Assembly (NCBI RefSeq): GCF_001194135.2
Contig: NC_068986.1
Coordinates: 66,558,567-66,611,029, forward strand
Length of the DNA stretch: 52,463 nt
Source of the DNA: Octopus bimaculoides
Taxonomy: Eukaryota
Direction: 5' to 3'
Made by a program: the position numbers and the translations under genes. The notes under the pieces were generated by a model. That model did not search any database and was not told the origin of the DNA. It worked only from the letters and a program-made list of their open reading frames with translations. Shown in pieces: positions 52,418 to 52,463 of this stretch (positions within the stretch are counted from its first letter, which is position 1; the number at the start of each line of letters is the position of its first letter).

Positions 52418-52463
<46 letters not shown>
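52418..52463. repeat. (TC)n(TA)n microsatellite
   Basis: Direct reading. Confidence 0.95.

Overview
AT-rich, microsatellite-dense eukaryotic scaffold with five N-gaps (7243-7609, 11241-11354, 17815-18120, 38366-38375, 39627-39967). The SINE families look like those of coleoid cephalopods (Octopus); this is recall-based inference, not a database result. I recognise no intact host protein-coding gene, rRNA, intact tRNA or CRISPR array, so the window reads as intergenic DNA or part of a very large intron. It is dominated by decayed mobile elements. These include five R4/Dong-like non-LTR retrotransposon segments (RT, CCHC and restriction-like endonuclease motifs) sitting in (TAA)n or (TACA)n microsatellites, a near full-length dead RTE LINE, and smaller RTE and Penelope fragments. 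There are also hAT, Chapaev-like and mariner transposase relics, several MITEs and long foldback elements, and many tRNA-derived SINEs from about four modular families. The most notable observations are: (i) microsatellite-targeting R4/Dong lineages with two apparent target motifs, (ii) a tRNA-Arg(TCG)/SINE-tail chimeric retrocopy, (iii) a mariner derivative built from two 3' ends with a ~250-bp stem, (iv) a perfect 34-bp hairpin inside a retroelement, (v) an RTE fragment held between inverted microsatellites, and (vi) a repeat-free island with promoter-like motifs and a strong splice donor. All coordinates and identities were counted by hand and may be off by a few bases.
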